64,000 nt of DNA from the NCBI GenBank assembly GCA_963666275.2, contig CAXXOA010000002.1:672001-736000 (forward strand), read 5' to 3'. The notes below the pieces were generated by a model. The model saw only the letters and a list, made by a program, of their open reading frames with translations, was not told the origin of the DNA and did not search any database. Shown here piece after piece: positions 18,740 to 30,455 of this stretch. The stretch's first letter is position 1, and each line of letters starts with the position of its first letter. A program made the position numbers and the translations under genes. Source of the DNA: Oceanispirochaeta sp. Its GTDB lineage: Bacteria; Spirochaetota; Spirochaetia; DSM-2461.

Positions 18740-20361
18740 ATGAGGCACTGTTTAAATAAATACAGATCCAGCGCAGCAGGTCTGTTTATTGTCCTGTTCA
18801 TTCTTGTTTTCGGGGGGGGAGGATTCACAAGCTGTACAAATCCAGTAGACGATCAATTAAGCGAAACATCGGATATAACATCAAATGATTCTTCAAGTAA
18901 TACATCAAATCCTGAAGCATTATCCTGCAGCGCAGGGAGTGATCAGGATGCGGGACTCGGTACTGTCTCGCTGACCGGTTCAGTCAGTAATGCCGGAGAT
19001 GATGTTACCTATTCCTGGAGAGCCTCCGATAGCAATCCCTCAACGGTTTCCTTAGCTGACAGCACTTCATCCTCTGCCAGTTTTGATGTTTCATGCGATC
19101 TTGATGAGGGAGAGTATGAGTTTATCCTGACAGTTAGCGACGGAACTGCAACGGCAAATGATTCTGTGATTGTATCAGTCAATTATGTGGACAAAATGAT
19201 CGCCTATGACGGTGCAACTAAGGACTACTACAGCCTTTCAATAAGCCTTTCCCCTGACGGGACAACTGCACTTATCGGGGCTCCATATGATAACGACATG
19301 GGTACCTATTCCGGTTCCGCCTATATCTATACCTGTAATGACTCCGGCTGGAGTCTGGCTGCAAAGGTGACAGCTACAGATGGGGAAGCCTATGATTACT
19401 TCGGACGTTCAGTCAGTCTGTCCTCTGATGGTTCTACGGCTCTCATCGGAGCCCCCGGTCGTACGGATATCAATAGTGATGATGACAGTGCATCTTCCGG
19501 TTCCGCATACATATTTACCCGCAGCGGCTCAGGCTGGAGCCAGGCCGCAGAGCTTACAGCAGAAGATGGAGCTGCCTCTGATTGTTTCGGCAGAGCTGTC
19601 TCTCTCTCCTCAGACGGGTCTTCAGCCCTTATTGGAGCATCCAAGGATGACGACAACGGGGCGACCTCCGGTTCTGCCTATATCTTTTCTGGAAGCGGGT
19701 CCAGCTGGAGTCAGGAAAAAAACTGATAGCCTCTGATGGAGCTGAATTAGACATGTTTGGACGGTCGGTCTGCCTTTCTGCCGATGGTTCAACTGCTTTA
19801 ATCGGAGTTCCTGGTGACGATGACAATGGTGCTAACTCCGGCTCTGCTTATATCTATACCGGCAGTGGTTCCAGTTGGGATGAAAAAGCAAAGTTGACCG
19901 GTTCTGAAGGAGATTCCTATGTCACTTTTGGGAATGATGTCAGTCTTTCTTCAGATGGAACTTATGCTCTTGTCGGGGCTCCTAATAATGGCAAAGGTGC
20001 AGCTTACTTCTTTGCCTCTGACGGCTCCGGTTGGAGTCAAGAGGCCAAGATTATATCCTCTGATATCGAAACCAATGATTTACTGGGATTTTCCGTAAGT
20101 CTTTCCTCTGATGGAAAAACAGCGCTTATTGGAGCGTACGGGAATGATGACGATGGTCAATGCTCCGGTTCTGCTTATCTTTTTACCCGCAGTGGCTCCA
20201 GTTGGAGTGAAAAAATGAAACTGACTGCCCCTGATGCCGAAGCAAATGATTATTTTGGAAATACAGTGAGTCTGTCCGCTGATGGGACCGAAGCACTTGT
20301 CGGGGCATATCTGGATGATGACAATGGTCTGAGCTCCGGATCGGCATATTTTTTTTATTGA
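18740..20361 (+). pseudogene. lipoprotein with PKD/Ig-like domain and seven FG-GAP repeats; split by a frameshift in an A7 run (19716-19722)
   Basis: Repeats FG.SVSLS.DG.TALIGA...SGSAYIF in both ORFs (3+4); one extra A joins them. Confidence 0.8.
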
Positions 20362-20522
20362 TATTTTCTCCCAATGACAGTCCGGCATGCCAACTTTGAA
20401 TAATAGCGGAATATCACTGATAATTATGGAAGCGGGCTCAAAAATCAATTGATACCGGAATCAAGGAACGCTTTCTTGCCAAAAGTATCCAATATTAAGA
20501 TTCTAAAAAAAGGAGTTTGTAG

Positions 20523-21092
20523 ATGAGAAAGAGTATACTTTTTTTTATGGTTCTTGGGGTAGTTCTATTTTCCTGTAAAACAACAGACGAAGCAGTTCTC
20601 AGTGAGCCGGAATCTGAAGATGTCTCAACCATTGCAGAACAGATCAATACGGAGCTTAAGGATGAAATCGACAATGGGGAAATCCAGCTGTTTCAGTATG
20701 ATGAAGTTCTTGTTATAAGCATTGGAAGCCGTGTTCTCTTTGATCCGGATAGTTCCCAACTCAAAGAAGAGTTCAAACCTGTGCTGCTGGAGCTTTCTCG
20801 TTTTCTGATGAACGAATCTGATAAAATCATCCGAGTAGAAGGCTATACTGCATCAGCCCGGGTAAACAGAGTCGATTCATGGCAACTGGGAGCGGACAGG
20901 GCTGTGAATGTGCTCCGATTCATGCAGTTGGAAGGTGGAGTGGATCCGACAAGGCTCGTGGCGGTTTCCTATGGAGAGTACAGGCCGGTGGAGTCCAACG
21001 ATGACGACATCGCCAAGGTGCAGAACCGAAGGGTCCAGATTGTACTGGTTGACAAGCCCGTTTATCAAACAGAGATGATGAATAATCAATAA
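20523..21092 (+). CDS. OmpA/MotB-family peptidoglycan-binding lipoprotein
   Basis: Lipobox LFSC; IRVEGYT...SWQLGADRA.NV...VSYGEYRPV..N...NRRVQI. Confidence 0.88.
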   Translation: MRKSILFFMVLGVVLFSCKTTDEAVLSEPESEDVSTIAEQINTELKDEIDNGEIQLFQYDEVLVISIGSRVLFDPDSSQLKEEFKPVLLELSRFLMNESDKIIRVEGYTASARVNRVDSWQLGADRAVNVLRFMQLEGGVDPTRLVAVSYGEYRPVESNDDDIAKVQNRRVQIVLVDKPVYQTEMMNNQ

Positions 21093-21184
21093 AATCTGAT
21101 ATATTTTATTGTGCAACGGCGGAGGAATTCTAAAATGCAATGAATTGACTGACGCATGGTTTCTTATCCGGACAGGGACCAGAG

Positions 21185-21213
21185 AGCACTCCATTTTAGG
21201 AGTGCTTTTTTTT
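21185..21213 (+). terminator. intrinsic terminator
   Basis: AGCACTCC-atttta-GGAGTGCT followed by a T run. Confidence 0.75.
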
Positions 21214-21836
21214 ACCATCAGCTGCCTGCTTCTAAAAAGAGATTGACATCAGTTTTCCGAAGAAATAACAGTAAAACCAAATCTCCGAAGAACAATGACG
21301 CTTCAGACATTCCTCGGGAGTCTTTTAATATGACTATGGGAAAAGAGTTTATTTTTAGCATTCAAAAGGGAGTGTGATATAGTAAGGGCAAAATACCTTC
21401 AGAGCTGGAGGACTGGCAGATGAAACTACATGTGAAAAAAAACGGGGAATATTCCCTATACCAGGCCACAGGATCCGAACGGTACTTTTCCCTTTGGTCA
21501 ATTCGAATCTGGCTATGTCCATCAAAAACGAGAAAGCCGGATACAGGATTAAAGGCAGGACCATGAGTCAGTTTCTCCTAAAATCTAATAATCTACCTAT
21601 ATACCTGGTATTTCAACCTTTTGAAATAAAAAAAATCCCCCTCGATATCTGATTATGAAGCCGGCGAGTTGAGTCGGCGGGGCCTGTTTTGCAGATGGAC
21701 ATCCTCCGCCATTTGGAAAGATATCTTAGCTCTGTTTTCTTTTAGTTAATATTTGTTCTCCAATTATTTGATTTTTCCTTTTTAATCTCTAAGAATTTTA
21801 AAAAACAATCCGCTGTTTAAACTTGTATATCTGTGA

Positions 21837-24083
<2,247 letters not shown>

Positions 24084-24149
24084 TCTGTCGAACGGAAAAG
24101 GAGCCTGTGATGGTTAAAGAAACCACCCGTTTAACCATCACAGGAGGAT

Positions 24150-24554
24150 ATGAAAAAACTATTCCTTATTACTGCCGGTAATCTCTCGCTTTTCCTGGGC
24201 ATTGCGGGAATCTTTCTACCAGTATTGCCCACGACCCCCTTTCTGCTTCTATCGGCCACCTGTTATGTGAGAAGCTCAGAGAAACTCTATGTATGGCTGA
24301 TCAATCATAGAGTTTTCGGGCTTTATGTCCGTTCCTACATCCTGTATAGAGCGATCTCTCTCCGGGCAAAAATCATCTCTATTCTGGCTTTATGGATTGT
24401 CATGTTGTCGACAATTCTTTTTTTTATCAGTCTGTTATGGTTAAGAGTCCTTCTGTTTTGTATAGGGCTCGGCGTTACAGTTTATCTGGTACATTTTAAA
24501 ACTCTGACAGCAGCGATGATGGCTGAAATAAAGGAACAGCAGAATAGCCGTTGA
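24150..24554 (+). CDS. YbaN/DUF454-family membrane protein
   Basis: GIFLPVLPTTPFLLLSA.CY.RSS..L..WL.NH..FG. Confidence 0.88.
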   Translation: MKKLFLITAGNLSLFLGIAGIFLPVLPTTPFLLLSATCYVRSSEKLYVWLINHRVFGLYVRSYILYRAISLRAKIISILALWIVMLSTILFFISLLWLRVLLFCIGLGVTVYLVHFKTLTAAMMAEIKEQQNSR

Positions 24555-24648
24555 TACGCTAGATTTTATGAAATATAAATCAGCATATGCTCATTATCTA
24601 TGATAAACTCTCTTTATCAGATCGTCATAAAAGGAGTCCCATGGATTT

Positions 24649-25317
24649 ATGAAGAAGTATGTTTGTTCAATCTGCGGTTATATCTATGATGAAGCGCAAG
24701 GCTATCCGGAAGGAGATATTTCTCCTGGTACGCTTTGGGTGGATGTTCTATCTGAATTTGTCTGCCCCCTGTGCGGAGCTTCAAAGTCTGATTTTAAAGC
24801 ACAGGGAGGGGATCAGGCAGAGTCCGCCGGCATCTCGTCGGAAACACTCTCTCTGCCGGATGAAATAAGCTATACAGCAGCAGAACTCTCTGCTCTCTTC
24901 TCCAATCTGGCAAAGGGCTCTGAGAAGCAGTACAGGCCGGAGATGGCTGCTCTCTATAATGAATTGTCATCCTACTACAATCTGAAGTCGGATAAGGGCA
25001 GTAATCCGGATTTGGGGAATATGAAAGCCCGGCTCCAGGAAGATCTGTCATCCCATTTTGCCAGGGCCAATGAAGTGGCCGCAAAAAATCATGACAGGGG
25101 AGCCCTGCGGGCCTTGAAATGGGCGGAACAGGTTTCCCATATGATCAGCTCCCATTTGTCTAAGGTTGAGGGAGGTGAGGCTTCTTTTCTGAACGAGACA
25201 AATATCTATGTCTGTGATATCTGCGGGTTTATATATGTGGGAGATGAGAAACCCGAGATCTGTCCTGTCTGTAAGGTCCCGAGCTGGAAAATGACACAGG
25301 TCAGAAGGAGCGCCTGA
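24649..25317 (+). CDS. rubredoxin - helical - rubredoxin-like protein
   Basis: CSICGYIYD...CPLCG at N-terminus; CDICGFIY...CPVC at C-terminus. Confidence 0.85.
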   Translation: MKKYVCSICGYIYDEAQGYPEGDISPGTLWVDVLSEFVCPLCGASKSDFKAQGGDQAESAGISSETLSLPDEISYTAAELSALFSNLAKGSEKQYRPEMAALYNELSSYYNLKSDKGSNPDLGNMKARLQEDLSSHFARANEVAAKNHDRGALRALKWAEQVSHMISSHLSKVEGGEASFLNETNIYVCDICGFIYVGDEKPEICPVCKVPSWKMTQVRRSA

Positions 25318-25318
25318 T

Positions 25319-26314
25319 ATGCATGCAGTAAGAAATATAAGATTATGTACCAAAGATTGCCTATGCCTTTATGTCTGCCCTACCGGGGCAACCGATACGG
25401 AAACGGGTCAGATCGATGCGGAAACCTGTATCAGCGGATGCCGTTTGTGTGTGGACGCCTGTCCTTCCCATGCCATATCATTGATCCCCGAGACCTATCC
25501 TGCCCAGCAGGATACAGTGGATGATGTCAGAAAGGTTCTGGGAATTCTGTCAAAGAGCAAAACAGAGCAGGAAAGGATCGCTTTTGCTCTGGAAAAGGCA
25601 GCAGACGATCCCCTGATGAAACAGCTGTCCCGGGCGGTCGGTATGTCTAACCGCATAATGGCGGAAGACCTGATGCGCGAAGCAGGGTTTATGCTTCCCC
25701 AAAGTCATGTTATAAAAGAGTTGCTGACAAAATTATTCACCGAAAGTAAAGAGAGTGATTTTCCGAAAGAAACGGTGAAAAAATTGATTGAGCTTCTGAA
25801 TGAAAATACTAGAGAGGAGAAGAACATGTCTAAAACCACTGACAATTTAATGGACGCCTTTGCAGGAGAATCCCAGGCAAACAGAAAGTACACTGCCTTT
25901 GCCAAAAAGGCTGAGCAGGAGGGGCATTTAAATGCAGCCAAACTTTTTAGGGCTGCCGCTGATGCAGAGACAATTCATGCACTGAAGCACTTTGAAGTGG
26001 CTGGAAAAATCGGTTCTACCATGGAAAATCTGAAATCCGGAGTTGAAGGGGAGACCTACGAATACAAGGATATGTATCCTCCCTTTGTAGAACAGGCCGA
26101 GGCTGAAGGAAATAAAGCCGCAGTAAGAACTTTTACCTTTGCAATGAAAGCAGAAGAAGTTCATGCCGGCTTGTATCAGGAAGCCATGGATAATCTGGAT
26201 AATCAGGAAGAGGTTTTCTATTATCTGTGCCCTGTTTGCGGTAATATTGAAAAAGTTGTTCCCGGTAAATGCCCTATCTGCGGCGTTGCCGGTGAGAAAT
26301 TCATTAAATATTAA
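25319..26314 (+). CDS. 4Fe-4S dicluster protein fused in frame to rubrerythrin (internal RBS/ATG at 25826)
   Basis: CTKDCLCLYVCP and CISGCRLCVDACP; then AFAGESQANRKY...ETIHA...EEVHA...CPVCG..CPICG. Confidence 0.85.
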   Translation: MHAVRNIRLCTKDCLCLYVCPTGATDTETGQIDAETCISGCRLCVDACPSHAISLIPETYPAQQDTVDDVRKVLGILSKSKTEQERIAFALEKAADDPLMKQLSRAVGMSNRIMAEDLMREAGFMLPQSHVIKELLTKLFTESKESDFPKETVKKLIELLNENTREEKNMSKTTDNLMDAFAGESQANRKYTAFAKKAEQEGHLNAAKLFRAAADAETIHALKHFEVAGKIGSTMENLKSGVEGETYEYKDMYPPFVEQAEAEGNKAAVRTFTFAMKAEEVHAGLYQEAMDNLDNQEEVFYYLCPVCGNIEKVVPGKCPICGVAGEKFIKY

Positions 26315-26485
26315 TACCTGTACGTCTCAGATAAACTGGCAGGAAGCGCCCGATTGGGTTTTTCCTGTCAGCATAGGATTTAAGTCGTGTTTCATAAGGG
26401 ATTGAAATGACTATCAGCATGGTCTTTTTATGAAATACAATCTCTTCTCTTTTTTAGATTCCGAAGGATTCGTATTGACAAAAAA

Positions 26486-26499
26486 AGACCGATCGGTCT
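26486..26499. promoter_or_regulatory. TetR operator AGACCGATCGGTCT within a TTGACA/TAAATT promoter
   Basis: Perfect palindrome between the -35 and -10 of tetR. Confidence 0.75.
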
Positions 26500-26511
26500 A
26501 AATTCGCTGAC

Positions 26512-27102
26512 ATGAGCAAAGGTGATGAAACCCGTCAGCGTGTTATTGAAAAGACGGGAAAGCTCCTGAATCGGACAGGATATTTCTCTACATCCATGTC
26601 ATCCATCCTGACAGAAGTAGGCCTCAAGAAAGGAGGGCTCTACAATCATTTTCTCTCAAAGGAAGAGCTGGCACTGGAAGCATTCAAATCCAATGTGACC
26701 TGTGTCGGAAGTTATCTCAAAAATATAGCTGAAGAGCCGGATGATCCACTGGATGTACTATTTTCTCTCTGTGACGCAAGTTTGGATATCGCTTCAGGGC
26801 GAATCCTCCCCGGGGGCTGTCCTATTTTGAATGCCGGAATCGAGTCTGACTTCATCTCTGACAATCTTAAAACGGAAGCATCTCTGGCTATGGAGAAAAT
26901 GCGGAAACTGATCCTTATACCTCTCAGAAGGCTTGAGGAGGAGGGAAGGCTTAAGGCTGGTACAGATGTGAAGTCAATGGCTTTTTTTATCCTTGCTGCC
27001 GTTGAAGGGAGTATCCTGGTTTCCAAGATATCTGAGGATAAATCAGCGCAGCAGCAGGTTATTGAAAATCTGAAAAAATCCATCGATTCCTATATGATGT
27101 AA
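26512..27102 (+). CDS. TetR/AcrR-family regulator
   Basis: GYFSTSMS.I...GLKKGGLYNHF.SKEEL; GGCPILN. Confidence 0.92.
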   Translation: MSKGDETRQRVIEKTGKLLNRTGYFSTSMSSILTEVGLKKGGLYNHFLSKEELALEAFKSNVTCVGSYLKNIAEEPDDPLDVLFSLCDASLDIASGRILPGGCPILNAGIESDFISDNLKTEASLAMEKMRKLILIPLRRLEEEGRLKAGTDVKSMAFFILAAVEGSILVSKISEDKSAQQQVIENLKKSIDSYMM

Positions 27103-27116
27103 TTTTTTTATCACAA

Positions 27117-27136
27117 AAAAGACCGAACGGTCTTTT
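27117..27136. promoter_or_regulatory. second TetR operator AAAAGACCGAACGGTCTTTT
   Basis: Same palindrome immediately upstream of the fabF-like gene. Confidence 0.72.
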
Positions 27137-27154
27137 GTTTTGAGGAGAGTATCT

Positions 27155-28390
27155 ATGAAACAGAATTTTCGCCGTGTGGCTGTGACAGGCATGGGGGCAA
27201 TACATGCCCTAGGGGCAGATCCGGAATCCCTGTTTAAAGAAATCATTGCCGGAAGATCCGGAATCAGTACACTGGAAGATCCAGAACTTTCAAAGTTTCC
27301 AACGAAGAGAGCTGCTGGAGTTTCCGATTTTCCTGTTAGTAGCATACTGGATACAAAAGAGATCCGCCACTGGGACAGGTATATCCAGTTTGGTGTGTAC
27401 GCTGCATTGCAGGCGTGGGAATCTGCCGGTTTCAGTCTGGAGTATGAGGATGGCAGAACCGGAGTCTGGCTGGGCTCCGGTATCGGAGGTATTGCTACTC
27501 TGGTTAAAGCTCAAAACGGGATTACCCGTAATGAGTCCTGGCGGTGCAGTCCTTTTACTATCCCCATGATGCTGACAAATATGGCCGCAGGAATTGTATC
27601 CATGAAAATCGGGGCGAAAGGTCCCTGTCTTGCTCCGGTAACCGCCTGTGCTACAGGAAATAATGCCATTGGAGAAGCATTCTCCGCTATTCGGGTGGGT
27701 TCTGTTAAGAGGGCTGTCTGCGGGGGGGCGGAAGCGCCTCTGTCCCCGATTGCATTTTCAGGTTTCAATTCCATGAAGGCCATGTCGACGCAGGAGGACG
27801 GTGGACTCTGCCTGCCTTTTTCCGCCGGGCGTGACGGCTTTCTTATGGGAGAAGGATCAGGAGTCCTTGTTCTGGAGGATTGGGATTCTGCAATGGAAAG
27901 GGGGGCTGAAATCCTTGCAGAGGTAAAGGGGTATGGCTCAACCGCAGATGCCTACCATTTTACAAGTCCTGATCCGGAAGGGAAGGGAGCTGCAGCAGCC
28001 ATGCGATCTGCTATGGATCAGGCAGGTTGGAATCCTGAACAGCTAGATTACATTAATGCTCATGGCACAGGGACCCCCCTGGGGGATGTAGCAGAAACCA
28101 GGGCTATCCGGCAGTGTCTCGGTCACTTTTCAGATAAGGTCATGATCAGTTCCACAAAGGGGGCTACTGGTCATCTCTTCGGTGCGGCCGGAGGAATCGA
28201 AGCTGTTATTGCGGTCAGAGCCCTTCAGAGCGGTGTGATCCCGCCTACCCTCGGACTGGAAAATCCGGATCCTGAATGCAGCCTGGACTATGTTCCCTGT
28301 ACGGCAAGAAAGACAAACCCTGTTCGTCTGTTATCAAACGGCTTTGGTTTCGGTGGTCATAATGCAGTTATTGCATTGGAGAAAGCATAA
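27155..28390 (+). CDS. fabF: beta-ketoacyl-ACP synthase II (FabF paralogue)
   Basis: RRVAVTGMG, TACATG, DGF.MGEGSG, NAHGTGT, STKGATGHL, SNGFGFGGHNA. Confidence 0.88.
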   Translation: MKQNFRRVAVTGMGAIHALGADPESLFKEIIAGRSGISTLEDPELSKFPTKRAAGVSDFPVSSILDTKEIRHWDRYIQFGVYAALQAWESAGFSLEYEDGRTGVWLGSGIGGIATLVKAQNGITRNESWRCSPFTIPMMLTNMAAGIVSMKIGAKGPCLAPVTACATGNNAIGEAFSAIRVGSVKRAVCGGAEAPLSPIAFSGFNSMKAMSTQEDGGLCLPFSAGRDGFLMGEGSGVLVLEDWDSAMERGAEILAEVKGYGSTADAYHFTSPDPEGKGAAAAMRSAMDQAGWNPEQLDYINAHGTGTPLGDVAETRAIRQCLGHFSDKVMISSTKGATGHLFGAAGGIEAVIAVRALQSGVIPPTLGLENPDPECSLDYVPCTARKTNPVRLLSNGFGFGGHNAVIALEKA

Positions 28391-28616
28391 GCCTTTTTCA
28401 ATATTTAAACTAAAACCATTTTTTTTTGTCAGCTGTAAAAGGAGAATTAAGATGAAGTTCAAAAAAGTCCGCAGCTGAGGAAACACTCAGAAAAAAGCGC
28501 GGACAGGGAATCATTGCATCCTGCCAGTTTTCTCCCAATGATAATTTTCAGAAAAATTGTTTGCCTTCCCAAGGTGGGAAGGTTTTATAATTTTCTCATC
28601 ATAAAAAAAGGATGTA

Positions 28617-29603
28617 ATGATGACCCCCAAAGAGAATTATCTGACAGCTATAAACCATGGAATCCCTGAGGATGTCCCCGTCTACTCGAAACCGGTTCGT
28701 TACAACATCGGTTTAATGGATCCTTTTGAGAAAGGTCCGGCAGGAGGCGGCTTCGATGGTTTCGGAGTTATGTGGGAACATCTGCCAGAGGGGGCTACTC
28801 CCAGTTCTGATTATGTTTTAACCGACATCACAAAATGGAAAGAACAGGTCTCTTTTCCGGATCTTGACTCCATTGACTGGGCTGCCAAGGCAGAGAAAGA
28901 GCTTGCAGGATTCAACAGGGATGAGCAGATTCTTGAATATGGGATGGGGAACGGAACTTTTGAACGTTTCCTGGATCTTATAGGTTATGAGGGATTGATT
29001 TTCAGTATGATGGACAATCCGGACGCCTGCCATGAACTCCTGAATGCCCATACGGAATACCGGATAAAATTTATTAATATTGTAGCAGAGCACTATAAAC
29101 CGGATTTTATTGTTATTTACGATGATGTTGCCTATAAATCCGCTCCCTTTTTATCACCTGATATGTACAGGGAGTTTATTAAACCGGAGCATAAAAGGGT
29201 GAATGATGCCATTAAAGCGGCCGGTGTTATGCCCATTAATCACTGCTGCGGTAACGCCGAGATTCATATAGAGGATTTTATCGAAGAGGGCGCTGTCGCC
29301 TGGAGTTCCTGTCAGCCCCAGAATGATATTGTCTCACTGCTGAAAAAATACGGCGATCGTTACAGTTTTATTGGAGGCTTTGATACCCACAGCTCTGCTG
29401 CTTCTGTAAATGCAACAGAGGAAGAGAGGAGGGCAGAAATACGAAGAGCTATTGATACCTATGCTCCCTACGGCAGTTACATTCTCGGGAACCACATCGT
29501 TCAGGGAAAGACCAGAGAGGAAACTTTCCAATACAATTCTCAGATTTTGGATGAAGCCTATTCTTACGGGAAAGGTTTCTATAAGACGCTCTCAAAAGTT
29601 TAA
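28617..29603 (+). CDS. uroporphyrinogen decarboxylase / MtaA-CmuA superfamily protein
   Basis: DGFGV.W, DITKWKEQV.FPD, IYDDVA, SPDMYREFIKP, HCCG, GGFD. Confidence 0.8.
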   Translation: MMTPKENYLTAINHGIPEDVPVYSKPVRYNIGLMDPFEKGPAGGGFDGFGVMWEHLPEGATPSSDYVLTDITKWKEQVSFPDLDSIDWAAKAEKELAGFNRDEQILEYGMGNGTFERFLDLIGYEGLIFSMMDNPDACHELLNAHTEYRIKFINIVAEHYKPDFIVIYDDVAYKSAPFLSPDMYREFIKPEHKRVNDAIKAAGVMPINHCCGNAEIHIEDFIEEGAVAWSSCQPQNDIVSLLKKYGDRYSFIGGFDTHSSAASVNATEEERRAEIRRAIDTYAPYGSYILGNHIVQGKTREETFQYNSQILDEAYSYGKGFYKTLSKV

Positions 29604-29876
29604 TCTGACGCAATTGTTCCGGTCCGAAAGGATGTACGGATTGATTACACTAGGCATTCCATTTCTGGAGTGCTTTTTTTCTGTCTCTCTGTCGGAGAAA
29701 AAAACACAGGGGATATCAATTCCGTGCCATCCTCCCATTTTCCGGAGAAGGCCAGGTTCATTAAATGGCCTGAGAGGAAACAGGTGTTTTTGCTTTATTT
29801 AATTGCAGTCAGATGTTTACAGAGGCCTCTGGAGGGTATATCTTTAACTATATAATAGAATGCTGGAGGTATCATT

Positions 29877-30404
29877 ATGAAGAACAGATACCGATGGATT
29901 GTTCTATGCTTTGTTCTTTTTTATCCCATCGCTGTTTTCGCTGCGGGATCTTCGGAAACGAACCTGGAAAAAGTTCCCGTTGATCTGGATCTCTCAGAAA
30001 TCACCGAAGATATAGTTTACGAAGACCGGGATCTTATGGTCTTTGTTCTGCATGTACAAGGGCACACTGAACTAACTGGTGTTGGAGAAATTTTCTATAG
30101 TTCCTATGTTACCACAGAACCCTCCCCCCCTCATAAGAGCTGTGAAGAAGGAGAACTCGGTGGTGTTGGAATGGGGATTTCGATGATCTCTATACCCGGG
30201 CGTGGTATCCTGATGCTGGAAGTTGAATCTCTGGAGCAATGTGTTAATCCAGCCACAGGAGAATTCCGTGTTACTCAGAAGGAGAGGGTGATCGGTGGTA
30301 CAGGAGAGTTGAGCCGGGCATCAGGAAATTTTTTACTGGATGTTGAAGGCCAGATGGGTTCAGGTCAGAAGATTCATATGACCGGGGAGCTTGGTCTTCC
30401 CTGA
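29877..30404 (+). CDS. secreted hypothetical protein
   Basis: Signal peptide ending AVFA; GGAGG RBS; VIGGTGELSRASG motif. Confidence 0.65.
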   Translation: MKNRYRWIVLCFVLFYPIAVFAAGSSETNLEKVPVDLDLSEITEDIVYEDRDLMVFVLHVQGHTELTGVGEIFYSSYVTTEPSPPHKSCEEGELGGVGMGISMISIPGRGILMLEVESLEQCVNPATGEFRVTQKERVIGGTGELSRASGNFLLDVEGQMGSGQKIHMTGELGLP

Positions 30405-30455
30405 TTGGAATCAATATTTTAAATATCTCCGGTTTTTATAGTTTCGGGAACTGAT

